Shown here: piece by piece, positions 47,714 to 58,046 of the stretch
Layout of the letters: each line of letters begins with the position of its first letter
Position numbering within the stretch: position 1 is the first letter of the stretch
From: Lachnospiraceae bacterium
GTDB lineage: Bacteria > Bacillota > Clostridia > Lachnospirales > Lachnospiraceae
Length of the DNA: 64,000 nt
Assembly (NCBI GenBank): GCA_024693135.1
Contig: JAILLN010000032.1
Span: 732 to 64,731 of the forward strand
Direction: 5' to 3'
Position numbers and translations under genes: made by a program
Notes under the pieces: model-generated
What the model was told of the DNA's origin: nothing
Database searches by the model: none
Seen by the model: only the letters and a program-made list of their open reading frames with translations

Positions 47714-48637
47714 TTATCCCCATACGATCCGGTTAAATTCGTAAGGCGTATTTTGATATACGTAATAATTCAGCCAGTTGGAATACAGGGCATTGGCATG
47801 CCCCCTCCACTGGAGCTTGGGCTCCTGCTCTACGTCCTCCTCTGGATAATAATTCACCGGCTTTTTTATTGCAAGCCCCTTGTCCTTATCTCTCCGGTAT
47901 TCCGCATCCAGGGTGAAGCGGTCGTATTCCGGATGCCCTAGACAGAAGATGCGGCTTCCGTCCTTATTCATGCAAAGATAGGTTCCGGCCTCGGCTGACT
48001 CCGCCAGAATGAGGATGTCTTTCCTCTGCCTCAGGGCAAGCTCATCGATCCCCGTATGACGGGAATGCGGTGCCAGGAAGACATCGTCAAAGCCCCTGAC
48101 CAAAGGGGTCTTCCTATGGATCACCCGGTGGGGATAGACGCCGAAGACCTTTTCCGGCAGGTTTTTTTTCCCGATCCCGTAATAATGATAAAGTGCCGCC
48201 TGTGCTCCCCAGCAGAGGGTCAGCATGGAGGTGACATGGGAATCCGCCCAGTCTAAAAGGGCGACGATCTCCTCCCAGTAGTCCACCTCCTCGTATTCCA
48301 TCTGCTCCACCGGGGCACCGGTCAGGATCAGCCCATCAAAGCATCTTTGCTTTACCTCCCGGAAGGACTCATAAAAGGTTTTGATATGGCTTTCCGGCAC
48401 ATGCGTGCTGTCGTGGCTTTCCGGGGAAAGCAGAGTGACATTCACCTGGAGCACGGTATTGGAAAGGGTCCTGAGCAGGGCAAGCTCAGTATCCTCCTTT
48501 AACGGCATGAGGTTCATGATGGCAATGTCTACCGGACGGATATCCTGATGCTCCGCCCTGCTTTCATCCATCACAAACACATTTTCATCCTCCAGGATCT
48601 GCTTCACCGGAAGGTTGTTTTTCACTTTGATCGGCAT
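47714..48637 (-). CDS. metA: MetA-family homoserine O-acyltransferase, probably acetyl-CoA specific
   Basis: NLMPLK, TGAPVE (Glu at the specificity position), CWGAQA, PHSRH, GHPEY. Confidence 0.93.
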   Translation of the reverse strand: MPIKVKNNLPVKQILEDENVFVMDESRAEHQDIRPVDIAIMNLMPLKEDTELALLRTLSNTVLQVNVTLLSPESHDSTHVPESHIKTFYESFREVKQRCFDGLILTGAPVEQMEYEEVDYWEEIVALLDWADSHVTSMLTLCWGAQAALYHYYGIGKKNLPEKVFGVYPHRVIHRKTPLVRGFDDVFLAPHSRHTGIDELALRQRKDILILAESAEAGTYLCMNKDGSRIFCLGHPEYDRFTLDAEYRRDKDKGLAIKKPVNYYPEEDVEQEPKLQWRGHANALYSNWLNYYVYQNTPYEFNRIVWG

Positions 48638-48649
48638 GACCGGCCCTCC

Positions 48650-49378
48650 TTAAATGTAATACTCAATCTGCTCTTTTCCTGCCGTATTTCTTCTTTCCCA
48701 TTTCTCCGGATCCAGGACGCATTCCACAAAATAGGAAAACACCTTCAGCCCGTCTCCGGTATCCGTCCTGCGGTGCTTCAGGCACATCCGCTCCGGATGC
48801 CACTGCACGCCGAAAATGGGAAGCTTGTCGTGGCAGACCGCCTCCACCAGGCCGTCGTCACTGAACTGCACTGCCCTGAGCCCCTCTCCAAGCACATGGA
48901 CGGCCTGGTGATGGGCGCTGTTGATGCTCAGCCGGTCTGTCCGGTAGATATCATAGAGAAAGGAATCCGGCGCGATCCTGCTTCCATGGACCCTGTCGAG
49001 CTTGTCCCCATAATAATCATGGATCTCGCAATGATCTACATTCTGGATCAGGCTTCCCCCAAAGAAAACATTGATGATCTGGTGCCCCCTGCAGATCCCC
49101 AGGACAGGCTTGCGGTACTTGACTGCCTCGGAAAGAACTGCCAGCTCGAACCAGTCCAGCCTTTTATCCAGCCCATGGCTGTCGGTATTCCCCTCATGAT
49201 ACAGCGTGGGGTCTACATCCGTGCCCCCCGGAAGGACGATGCCGTCCAGATCCCGGACATCCTCCGTGCCCCCATAAAGATCCAGCATCCGGGTCTTAGC
49301 GCCGCATGCCTCCACTGCCTCATAATAGTTTTCATTCCTTGAAAGATCCCGCCTTCCTATGATCCCGACCGTCTTCAT
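48650..49378 (-). CDS. Gamma-glutamyl hydrolase-like peptidase C26 (PuuD-family glutamine amidotransferase)
   Basis: PGGTDVDP, LGICRGHQ, NSAHHQAV, GVQWHPE. Confidence 0.9.
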   Translation of the reverse strand: MKTVGIIGRRDLSRNENYYEAVEACGAKTRMLDLYGGTEDVRDLDGIVLPGGTDVDPTLYHEGNTDSHGLDKRLDWFELAVLSEAVKYRKPVLGICRGHQIINVFFGGSLIQNVDHCEIHDYYGDKLDRVHGSRIAPDSFLYDIYRTDRLSINSAHHQAVHVLGEGLRAVQFSDDGLVEAVCHDKLPIFGVQWHPERMCLKHRRTDTGDGLKVFSYFVECVLDPEKWERRNTAGKEQIEYYI

Positions 49379-49384
49379 CGCACC

Positions 49385-50134
49385 TCAATGATCCTTGATG
49401 GAATTCAGGAAGTCTCTTGCCCGCTCCGTCTTCGGATGCGCAAAGAATTCCTCCGGCGTCCCATCCTCCAGGATTCTCCCTTCATCCATGAATACTACCC
49501 TGTCTGCCACCCTCCTCGCGAAATTCATCTCATGGGTGACGATCACCATCGTCATGCCTTCCTTCGCCAGCTCCGTCATCACATCCAGCACCTCCCCGAT
49601 CATCTCCGGATCCAGGGCGCTGGTGGGCTCGTCAAAAAGCATCGCCTTCGGATTCATGGCCAGGGAGCGGGCGATGGCCACTCTCTGCTGCTGCCCTCCC
49701 GAAAGCTGGGCCGGTACCTTCCCTGCCTGGGAATCCACCCCCACCCGCTTCAGGAGCTCCATCGCAGCCTCTCTTGCCTCCTTTTGGGGCTTGTGCAGCA
49801 CATCCATCGGCGCAAGCATGACATTTTCCAGTATTGTCTTATGGGCAAACAGATTGAAGGACTGGAATACCATCCCGATCTGGGACCGGAGGGCGGCAAG
49901 TGCCCTTCCCTCCTCCGGAAGCGGCTTCCCGTCAAAGCAGATCTCTCCGGAATCGATGGGTTCTAACCGGTTGATGGTCCTGCACAGCGTGGATTTGCCG
50001 GAGCCCGAGGGACCGATGATTACCACCACCTCGCCCTTCTTTACGGTCAGGCTTATCCCTTTCAACACATGATGGTCTCCAAAATGCTTCTCCACATTCC
50101 GCATTTCGATCATTGGCGTCTGGCTCATGCTCAT
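49385..50134 (-). CDS. Polar amino-acid ABC transporter ATP-binding protein
   Basis: [27 protein letters not shown]. Confidence 0.95.
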   Translation of the reverse strand: MSMSQTPMIEMRNVEKHFGDHHVLKGISLTVKKGEVVVIIGPSGSGKSTLCRTINRLEPIDSGEICFDGKPLPEEGRALAALRSQIGMVFQSFNLFAHKTILENVMLAPMDVLHKPQKEAREAAMELLKRVGVDSQAGKVPAQLSGGQQQRVAIARSLAMNPKAMLFDEPTSALDPEMIGEVLDVMTELAKEGMTMVIVTHEMNFARRVADRVVFMDEGRILEDGTPEEFFAHPKTERARDFLNSIKDH

Positions 50135-50958
50135 TTCGCGCCACCCTTCTCCTTCCCCCTTACGGCGACTGCTTCTGCGGCCTTATTCAGCAGATAGTTG
50201 ATGATGCAATAGATCACTGCGATCAGCAGATACACGGAAAGCATGGCATCATAGTTTGAGATCAGGACGCTGGCATTCTGCATCAGGTCAGGGAAATTGA
50301 TGACATAAGCGAAGGTCGTGTCCTTCAGCACGATGACAAGCTCCGAAAGCAGGGCCGGGATCACAACCCGGAAGGCCTGCGGGAATATGATCTTCAGGAA
50401 TACGCTCCCCTCTCTCATCCCAAGGGAAAGGGCGGCCTCCCTCTGTCCCTTCGGCACGGCATTTACTCCGGAGCGGAGTACCTCCGCCACCACGCCGCAG
50501 GCCGAAATGGAAACCGGCAGGGTGATCTTCCAAAAGGCATGGAGCCGGATCCCAAGCTGAGGCGCCACCAGAAAGAAGAAATACACAAAAAGGAGAGTCG
50601 GAACCCCCCTGGTAAATTCTATGATCCCCGTGCAGAGTGCACGACTGATCCTGGATTGGCTGATCCTCCCGACCATGAGAAAGAATCCTGCCGCAAAAGC
50701 AAGGATCCCGGATACGACGGCTACCTCCACTGTCCCCAGAAGCCCTTTTCCCAGAAAGCTCCAGGTCGTCCCCCGGGCAAAGAAGAACCAATATTTCCTG
50801 TCCAGCTGGCCGGCTATGGCAAACTGCCGGATGACGAGTCCCAAAAGCAGGGCCAGCAGAAGGAGGGATGCGGCCGTCGCCACGGCGATCTTTTTTCTTG
50901 TCCCCGCCCCGGGCGCCTCATACAGGACATCCCGGACGGTAAGCCCGGCCCCCCTCAT
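50131..50958 (-). CDS. Amino-acid ABC transporter permease
   Basis: [17 protein letters not shown] (EAA motif). Confidence 0.93.
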   Translation of the reverse strand: MRGAGLTVRDVLYEAPGAGTRKKIAVATAASLLLLALLLGLVIRQFAIAGQLDRKYWFFFARGTTWSFLGKGLLGTVEVAVVSGILAFAAGFFLMVGRISQSRISRALCTGIIEFTRGVPTLLFVYFFFLVAPQLGIRLHAFWKITLPVSISACGVVAEVLRSGVNAVPKGQREAALSLGMREGSVFLKIIFPQAFRVVIPALLSELVIVLKDTTFAYVINFPDLMQNASVLISNYDAMLSVYLLIAVIYCIINYLLNKAAEAVAVRGKEKGGAK

Positions 50959-51614
50959 CTAAGGATCCTCACTTTCCGGTCGATCCAGCTGCCGGCCTGG
51001 CCGATGGCCACCGCCGTCATGCAGTACAGAAAGGCAGAGATCAGAAACGCCGTGACTCCTCCCACGGCATGGGTATTGATATGTGCCACGATCCCCGTAA
51101 GCTCCCTCGGGTTTAAAGGCACCTGGGAGGCCAGGGCAGTCGTGAGCATGGTAGCCACAAGCAGGTTTGTCATGGGGAGTATGCTGGAACGCAGGGCCTG
51201 GGGAATTACTACCCTCCGGATGATCTGGCCGAAAGTCATCCCCAGGGATCGGGCCGCCTCGATCTGTCCCGGATCGATGGTATTGATCCCCGCCATCAGA
51301 TATTCCGAACAGAAGGCGGAAGGGATCAGGGATGCCGCCATCAGCACGCAGGTACGGTAGGACAGCACCACATCCAGATACGGCAGGGCATAGACCAGCA
51401 GGATCAAAAGAGAGGCCCCCGGGATGTTGCGGAAAATCTGGACATAGAAGTCCCCGAACCTCCTCAAGGGCCGGATCGGGCTTATGCGCATGACGGTCAC
51501 AGCCGTACCGAGAAGGAAGGCTATGGCCGCCGAAAGCGCAGTCAGCTCCCATGTAGTCAAAAGTGCCCTGACATACTGGCTTCCAAATTGGGATAGAAGC
51601 TCCTCAATGCGCAT
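50955..51614 (-). CDS. Amino-acid ABC transporter permease
   Basis: FRNIP, GQIEAARSLG. Confidence 0.93.
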   Translation of the reverse strand: MRIEELLSQFGSQYVRALLTTWELTALSAAIAFLLGTAVTVMRISPIRPLRRFGDFYVQIFRNIPGASLLILLVYALPYLDVVLSYRTCVLMAASLIPSAFCSEYLMAGINTIDPGQIEAARSLGMTFGQIIRRVVIPQALRSSILPMTNLLVATMLTTALASQVPLNPRELTGIVAHINTHAVGGVTAFLISAFLYCMTAVAIGQAGSWIDRKVRILR

Positions 51615-51620
51615 ACAGGC

Positions 51621-52622
51621 TTATTCTCCGACGGCAGGTGCTTCCGGAGCAGTCTCGATCCCTGTCCGGTCTCCCAGGCTGATCTTCCAGAGCTTCTCCC
51701 AGGTCCCGTCCTCTTCGATCTTCTTTAAGAACCCGTTTACGAAATCTACTCCGTCCGAGCCCAGAGGAAGGCCGATCCCATAGCTGTCATCCGGGCCGAA
51801 TACATCTCCGGCGATCTCGTAAGTATCCGCATTTTTGGCAATGGCATTCAGAAGCAGGGTATAGTCCGTCACGTAGGCATCTACCCTTCCCTGCTCCAGG
51901 GCCGTGCGTGCCTCCAGGTCATTCTCAAACTCCTGCACCACGGCTTCCGGCGCATACTCTGCCAGGATATCCGGACCGGTGGAGCCGGACTGGGTAGCCA
52001 CGGTCTTGCCCGCAAGGCTGTCGATGCCGGTCACTTCCGTATTCCCTGCCTTGACCAGGACGGCCTGCCGGGAGGAATAGTAGGGGCCGGCAAAGGAGAT
52101 GACCTCTTTCCTGGAATCCGTGATGGAATAAGTGGCAAATACGGCATCCACCTGGTCGCTCTGCAGCACCGATTCCCTGGTGCTGGAATCCACCTGGGTC
52201 AGCTCGTATTTCGTCTCATCGCCAAAGATATATCTGGTAAGAAGCTCATATAATCCTGCATCAAAGCCCCTAAGCCCATTGTCTGTCTCATCCAGCTGGC
52301 TGAAAAGATAGGAGGTCCTTGTCCCGCCGACCCTCAAAACCCCGGCCTTCTTTACGGCAGAAGCCCAGCTGTTTGCTTCGATCTCCGCCTCATCCGCTAC
52401 GATCCCTGATGCGATCAGGGCATCAAATGCTTCCTTATCGATGGCGGTCCCTGCAGGCTCCGCATTCTGCTGAGAGGCTTCTTCCTTTGCCCCGCTGCCC
52501 TCCTGTGCCTGCGCCGCCGGTGCTCCTGCAGACTCCGGCAGGGTACAGGCACTCATCCCGGCCGCCAATACTCCCGTAAGCAGAAGTGCCGTCATCCTCT
52601 TGTAATTCGCTGCATTTTTCAT
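51621..52622 (-). CDS. Amino-acid ABC transporter substrate-binding lipoprotein (family 3, GluB-like)
   Basis: Lipobox MSAC; GFDA, ATYSITDSR, FAGPYY. Confidence 0.9.
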   Translation of the reverse strand: MKNAANYKRMTALLLTGVLAAGMSACTLPESAGAPAAQAQEGSGAKEEASQQNAEPAGTAIDKEAFDALIASGIVADEAEIEANSWASAVKKAGVLRVGGTRTSYLFSQLDETDNGLRGFDAGLYELLTRYIFGDETKYELTQVDSSTRESVLQSDQVDAVFATYSITDSRKEVISFAGPYYSSRQAVLVKAGNTEVTGIDSLAGKTVATQSGSTGPDILAEYAPEAVVQEFENDLEARTALEQGRVDAYVTDYTLLLNAIAKNADTYEIAGDVFGPDDSYGIGLPLGSDGVDFVNGFLKKIEEDGTWEKLWKISLGDRTGIETAPEAPAVGE

Positions 52623-52731
52623 TGCTGTCCTCCTTTGTCATCTTTTTGCATCGGATCTAACTTGTCCTTCTGCCTTTTTGATTTATCATGCCCAGATGGT
52701 TTTGTCTAATCGTTGTATCGGATAGCCGGTA

Positions 52732-52746
52732 ATAGGAAATGCTTAT
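52732..52746 (-). promoter_or_regulatory. LysR-type box upstream of the ABC operon
   Basis: ATAAGCATTTCCTAT (ATA-N9-TAT), upstream of a TAGACA -35-like hexamer. Confidence 0.4.
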
Positions 52747-52770
52747 ACCGGGATCTGAAAGCGATTCCGG

Positions 52771-55092
52771 TCAGTCTTTATCGACGTCCTTTCTCTTATT
52801 CTTCTTGTCCTCATACAGCTCCACATCTGCCTTTTCGATCATGTCGGCAAGCTTCACATCTCCGTTACAGGGAAATGCACTGAAGCCCATGCTTACCGAA
52901 ACATAATAGGGCTTATCCGTAAGTCCGTTCTGCCTCTTCGTCTCCCGTTTGGTCCTTTGGCGGACCGTCTCCTCAAACCCGGGCATGTCCTCTGCCAGAC
53001 AAAAGGCGCAGAACTCATCCCCTCCGAAGCGGGCTACGATGGGATCCTGTTCTTCTAAGCTGTTTTTCAGGATATGCGCGACCATGCGCAGGGAAAAGTC
53101 TCCCTCCTCATGCCCATACTGGTCGTTAATGAGCTTCAGGTTATTCATGTCCGCAAAGATGACGACCCCGGTCTTTCCTTCGTTTTCCGGCTTCTCCACC
53201 TCCTCCTGGACCGCCATCAAAAAGCCCCTTCTATTCAGGAGCTGGGTCAGCTCATCGGATTTGGAAAGCTCATCCAGCATGGCATTTGCCTCCCCCAGCT
53301 TCTTCAGGCTCCTCTTCAGCTTTTTCTCATTTTCCTCCCGGTTTTTCAAAAGCTCTATGGTCTTGATGGCCGCACTGGTCTGATACATGCCGGTGGTGGT
53401 GTAGTAGATACTGGTATCGTCCACCTCAAAGACCATCAGCCCGTATTGCTCCCGGCCGGAAAACAGCATGAACGCCACGGCGCATACCTGCCTTGTGCCA
53501 TCCGCAAAGAGATCGGCAAAAAGATTCCGGACCGGCCTTTCCTGCTGTTCCTTTGGGGGGACCAGGGATCTGCCCTCTTTCCGGCAAGCCTTCAGCAGCA
53601 CATTCTCCGGGATGTCCGGATGTTCTATTTCCTTTACGATCTGGTTTTCCGGAAGCCGCAGCAGGTAGGTGCCTTCGAAGCCGAATCCCGACAGGGTATC
53701 GATCATTGAGGTAAACAGCACTTCATCTGCCACTGCATAATTCAGCACATCCTTCAGGAAGGTAGTGGTTACCAGGTTCAGCCGGTCTGTCTTTTCCAGC
53801 ATCTTGTCCGCATTTTTCTGGGAGGAGGAAGCAATATTCCGGTAGATCCGCTGAAATGCCTCCGACAGGACCCGCATCCAATGCTCCTGCCCGCTCTTCT
53901 TTTTCATCTGCCTAAAGAGGCATTCAAACAGGAAGGTCACCTTTTCGATCCGGGTAAAGGGCTCCAGCTTGGTTTTACAGAGCTCCATGCCGGAAAGAAC
54001 CATCTTTTGCAAAGCTTCCTCACTGCTTTCGGCATCCTCTCCCATCGCCTCACAGGCGCATTCCATGATCCGGCCCACCAGCTCCTTCTGGACCGCTCCC
54101 CCCTTTTCATAATCGTTGCCGGAAAAGATATAGCCGCATACCTTTTCCATTGCCTCGTCATATCGGGACGGATCCTTCAGATCCTCCTCCGTGATGGGAA
54201 GCACGGAGTAGTCCTTTTCCACGCATCCGCAGGACTGTCTTTTGATAAACTGGGAAGGCAGTTCCAGCTCGGTGATCTTCCCGGACAAAAAATCCTCTAT
54301 GGACTTCACCGCCATATAGCCGAGCCCGGCCGCATCTGCCCGTACTGTGGTGAGATTCGGCTCGCAGGAGATGGCGTTCACTGCATCGTCAAACCCCATC
54401 ACATGGATATCCCTGCCGATCTCAAGCCCGCGTTTCTTAAATACCTTGTATCCGCCCATGGCCATTCCGTCGTTTGCAAAGACCATGGCATCCATGCCGG
54501 GATTCGTGTCTAAGAGCCGGTTTACCTCATCTTCACAGAATTCGGTAAAATTCCCATGGCCCACCAGGGAGGGATCCGGGTGCATGCCATATTCCTCCAG
54601 CACGGACCGGTATACCTCATAGCGCTCGATGGAATCCCCGTTTGTCAGGGTTCCTCCCATAAATCCGATCTTTTTACAATGATGATCCCGGATCAAATGG
54701 CGGATCCCCTCTGCAAGCCCGACCTTGTTATCAAAGTGCACATTGGCATAGCCCTCGATCACGCTTGTGAGCAGGATGACCGGCACATCCCCGAAGGAAC
54801 GCAGGAATTCCTTCTTCTGCTGGAGGCTCAGGTACATGCCGATGGTATTCAGCTCGATCAGGAAGACGTCAAATTCCGTTCGTTTCGCATAATCAAAAAC
54901 CGTATTGAACTGATAATCATATCCCCTGACGTTTTTATCGTAATAGGGCGGATTAAAGAATCTGCCCGGAAAGATGACCAGATTGCAGTCGGTTTCCACC
55001 GCCGCCGACATGGCGCCGATACAGAGCTGGCGCACAAAGATGTTTTCAAATCCGCTCACCAGCAATGCAATATTCCGTCTTTTTCCATTCAT
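52771..55092 (-). CDS. LacI-type sugar-binding domain + GGDEF diguanylate cyclase
   Basis: FDN..G..HLI..H..KIGFMGG, FANDGMAMG, GFDD, LTTV; DMNNLKLIND.YGH..GD, RFGGDEF. Confidence 0.9.
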   Translation of the reverse strand: MNGKRRNIALLVSGFENIFVRQLCIGAMSAAVETDCNLVIFPGRFFNPPYYDKNVRGYDYQFNTVFDYAKRTEFDVFLIELNTIGMYLSLQQKKEFLRSFGDVPVILLTSVIEGYANVHFDNKVGLAEGIRHLIRDHHCKKIGFMGGTLTNGDSIERYEVYRSVLEEYGMHPDPSLVGHGNFTEFCEDEVNRLLDTNPGMDAMVFANDGMAMGGYKVFKKRGLEIGRDIHVMGFDDAVNAISCEPNLTTVRADAAGLGYMAVKSIEDFLSGKITELELPSQFIKRQSCGCVEKDYSVLPITEEDLKDPSRYDEAMEKVCGYIFSGNDYEKGGAVQKELVGRIMECACEAMGEDAESSEEALQKMVLSGMELCKTKLEPFTRIEKVTFLFECLFRQMKKKSGQEHWMRVLSEAFQRIYRNIASSSQKNADKMLEKTDRLNLVTTTFLKDVLNYAVADEVLFTSMIDTLSGFGFEGTYLLRLPENQIVKEIEHPDIPENVLLKACRKEGRSLVPPKEQQERPVRNLFADLFADGTRQVCAVAFMLFSGREQYGLMVFEVDDTSIYYTTTGMYQTSAAIKTIELLKNREENEKKLKRSLKKLGEANAMLDELSKSDELTQLLNRRGFLMAVQEEVEKPENEGKTGVVIFADMNNLKLINDQYGHEEGDFSLRMVAHILKNSLEEQDPIVARFGGDEFCAFCLAEDMPGFEETVRQRTKRETKRQNGLTDKPYYVSVSMGFSAFPCNGDVKLADMIEKADVELYEDKKNKRKDVDKD

Positions 55093-55149
55093 CGTTTCGT
55101 TCCCTGTCTCTTCTTTCCTCAATAAGCCATCTTCCAAGCCATCTGCTTA

Positions 55150-55650
55150 TTATTTCAGTTCCTTTAAGAAAAACCGGTTCATGCTGCCATGCACTGCCGC
55201 AGCCGGCTTTTCGATCTCCTTATAACCGCATCTCTCATACAGATGGATCGCGGCCTTCAGGTTGTCATGGGTCTCCAGATAGATGCGCCGGTATCCAAGC
55301 TTTCCGGCGGCCCTCTCTGCCTGCTCCATCATACGATAGCCAAGCCCCCTGCCCTTTACGCGGTCATCCAGGTACAGCTTCTGAAGCTCCGCGCAGTCTG
55401 GGAAGGCATCAAGCTCCGCGATGCCGACTCCGCCGGCGAGCCTTCCCTCTTCATCCAACAGCACATAATAGACCCGCTTTTCCGGTTCTGCCCCATAATA
55501 GCCGCTCAGATGATCCAGGCTCTCGTCGAAATAAGCCGTGCCCGGGATATCGAGCCGGTTTGCCTCCAGGTTTTTCCTGATCAGCCCAGCAAGAGCCGCA
55601 TCCTGCCTTGAAGACAGCTTTTCAAATTTCATTCCTTCCATGAGCCCCAC
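55150..55650 (-). CDS. GNAT-family acetyltransferase
   Basis: AELQKLYL..VKGRGLG, YLETH..AIHLYERCGY. Confidence 0.9.
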   Translation of the reverse strand: MGLMEGMKFEKLSSRQDAALAGLIRKNLEANRLDIPGTAYFDESLDHLSGYYGAEPEKRVYYVLLDEEGRLAGGVGIAELDAFPDCAELQKLYLDDRVKGRGLGYRMMEQAERAAGKLGYRRIYLETHDNLKAAIHLYERCGYKEIEKPAAAVHGSMNRFFLKELK

Positions 55651-57989
55651 CTTTTTTCCTTCTTCTTCGACTGTGAGAGCATATATCCTATGGTTCCGGG
55701 TGCGTATTTCTCCCCGCTCTCCCGGCCAGTTTCCAATTTCCGCCCTCCCGACGGCCTCTCCTTCGTGGTTTTCTCCGTTTTCTTCCGGTCTTTCGGTGCA
55801 TTCTCATCCTTCATGGTAAGAGAGATCCTGCCCTTCTTTTCATCCACCTCAAGCACCGTCACGTCGACCACATCCCCCACAGAGACAACCTCCAGCGGAT
55901 GCTTGATGAATCTGTCCGACATTCTCGAGATGTGCACCAATCCGTCCTCATGTACGCCGATGTCGACGAAGGCCCCGAAATCAACGACATTTCTTACCGT
56001 GCCCTTAAGCTTCATCCCCGGCTTCAGATCCTTCATCTCAAGGACATCCGAACGTAGCACGGGCTTTGGCAGTTCCTCTCTGGGATCCCTTGCCGGCTTT
56101 TCCAGCTCAGACAGGATGTCCTTCAGCGTGATCACTCCGCACCCGGCCTCCTCGGCAAGGGATTTCTCGTCCGTGATGCTTTTCCGGAAGGATCGTATCC
56201 TTTCCTCCTCTCTTATGCCGCAGCCCATTTTTTTTAGCAGGATCCGGGCACTATCGTATGACTCGGGATGAACCGCAGTGGCATCAAGGGGTTCATCCCC
56301 ATCCGTGATCCGGCAGAAGCCCGCGCACTGTTCAAAGGTTTTCGGCCCAAGCTTTGCCACCTTCTTTAATTCCTGCCTGGAGCGGAACCGTCCGTTCTTC
56401 TCCCGGTAGGATACGATATTCTTAGCGACCGCCGGAGAGATCCCGGATATATAGGAAAGCAGGGAAAAAGACGCCGTGTTCAGATCGACTCCCACGCTGT
56501 TTACCGCAGATTCCACTACGCCGGAAAGGGTTTCGGACAGCTTCTTCTGGTTCATGTCATGCTGGTACTGCCCTACGCCGATGGATCTCGGCTCGATCTT
56601 TACAAGCTCCGACAGAGGATCCTGCACCCGCCTTGCGATGGAGGCGGCGCTTCTTTGCCCCACGTCAAATTCCGGGAATTCCTCCGAAGCCAGCTTGCTT
56701 GCCGAATAAACACTGGCTCCTGCCTCATTCGTGATCACATAATGCACATGAGCTTCGGGAATTTCCTTCAGGAGCCCGGAGACGATCTGCTCCGATTCTC
56801 TTGACGCTGTCCCGTTTCCGATGGAGATCAGCGTGATCCCATACTTTTTAATGAGTTCTTTAAGGATCTTCTTTGATTCATCGATCTTAAGATGCGGCTC
56901 TGTGGGATAGATGACCCTTGTATCAAGCACCTTTCCGGTAGGATCGATGACAGCCAGCTTGCACCCCGTCCGGAAAGCCGGATCCCAGCCAAGCACGGTC
57001 TGGCCTGCGATCGGCGGCTGCATGAGAAGCTGCTTCAGGTTCTTTCCAAAAACATCGATGGCGCCCTCCTCGGCCCTTTCCGTCAGAGCGCTTCGCATCT
57101 CACGTTCTATAGAGGGGGCAATGAGCCTTGAATAGGAATCCTTGAGCGCAGCCCTTATGATCGGGGATGTATACGGGTTTTCCCTGATCATGACCTGTTT
57201 TTCAAGATAGCCCAGTATCCTGTCTTCGGGAGCCTCGATGGAGACGGACAGGAACCCTTCCACTTCCCCCCTGTCGATGGCAAGGATCCTGTGGCCGGCG
57301 GTCTTCCCGATGCTTTCCTCAAACTCGTAGTAATTTTGATAGACCGACTCTGCCTCAGGGTTTTTTGCCTGTGAGATAAGCTTTCCCTGTGAATGCGTGA
57401 TATCCCGGATATATTCGCGGTAAGAGGCATTATCGGAGATCTGCTCGGCAATGATATCGGATGCTCCCGCTATGGCTGCCTGGACATCGATGACCTCCAT
57501 CTCCCTGGCCTTGATCTGGTCCTCTTTGCTTTCGGAGGCCGGCTCCACCTTTCCGGTCACATATTTTACGGCTTCCTCCTCCACGGGATGATCCGTATCC
57601 TGGGCCAGGATAAAAAGGGCAAGCCCCTCAAGCCCGCGCTTTCTTGCCATATCCGCCCGGGTCTTTTTCTTCTGCTTATACGGCCGGTAAAGATCCTCCA
57701 CCGCCACAAGCTTTTCTGCCGCAAGGATCGCGGCTTTGAGCTCCTCCGTCAGCTTTCCCTGCTCATCGATCAGCCCGATCACCTCTGCCTTGCGTTCTTC
57801 AAGATTTCTTAAGTATTCCAGCCTCGTATGAAGGAGCCTCAGCTGCTCATCGTCAAGGCTGCCGGTGGCTTCCTTTCTGTATCTTGCAATGAAGGGGATG
57901 GTATTTCCCTCATCGATCAGCTTCACCGCGGCCTCCACCTGCCACTCCTTAGCTCCGATATCCTGTGCTATGATCGCTTCGATGTTCAT
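55629..57989 (-). CDS. tex: Tex-family RNA-binding transcriptional accessory protein
   Basis: GNTIPFIARYRKE, DPAFRTGCK, EAGASVYSAS, GVGQYQHD, C-terminal S1 domain. Confidence 0.95.
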   Translation of the reverse strand: MNIEAIIAQDIGAKEWQVEAAVKLIDEGNTIPFIARYRKEATGSLDDEQLRLLHTRLEYLRNLEERKAEVIGLIDEQGKLTEELKAAILAAEKLVAVEDLYRPYKQKKKTRADMARKRGLEGLALFILAQDTDHPVEEEAVKYVTGKVEPASESKEDQIKAREMEVIDVQAAIAGASDIIAEQISDNASYREYIRDITHSQGKLISQAKNPEAESVYQNYYEFEESIGKTAGHRILAIDRGEVEGFLSVSIEAPEDRILGYLEKQVMIRENPYTSPIIRAALKDSYSRLIAPSIEREMRSALTERAEEGAIDVFGKNLKQLLMQPPIAGQTVLGWDPAFRTGCKLAVIDPTGKVLDTRVIYPTEPHLKIDESKKILKELIKKYGITLISIGNGTASRESEQIVSGLLKEIPEAHVHYVITNEAGASVYSASKLASEEFPEFDVGQRSAASIARRVQDPLSELVKIEPRSIGVGQYQHDMNQKKLSETLSGVVESAVNSVGVDLNTASFSLLSYISGISPAVAKNIVSYREKNGRFRSRQELKKVAKLGPKTFEQCAGFCRITDGDEPLDATAVHPESYDSARILLKKMGCGIREEERIRSFRKSITDEKSLAEEAGCGVITLKDILSELEKPARDPREELPKPVLRSDVLEMKDLKPGMKLKGTVRNVVDFGAFVDIGVHEDGLVHISRMSDRFIKHPLEVVSVGDVVDVTVLEVDEKKGRISLTMKDENAPKDRKKTEKTTKERPSGGRKLETGRESGEKYAPGTIGYMLSQSKKKEKRWGSWKE

Positions 57990-58046
57990 ATTCTTCCTTT
58001 CTACCGATGGTCTTCCATAAACTGCCTGCTTCGTTTCCCGTCCCGA

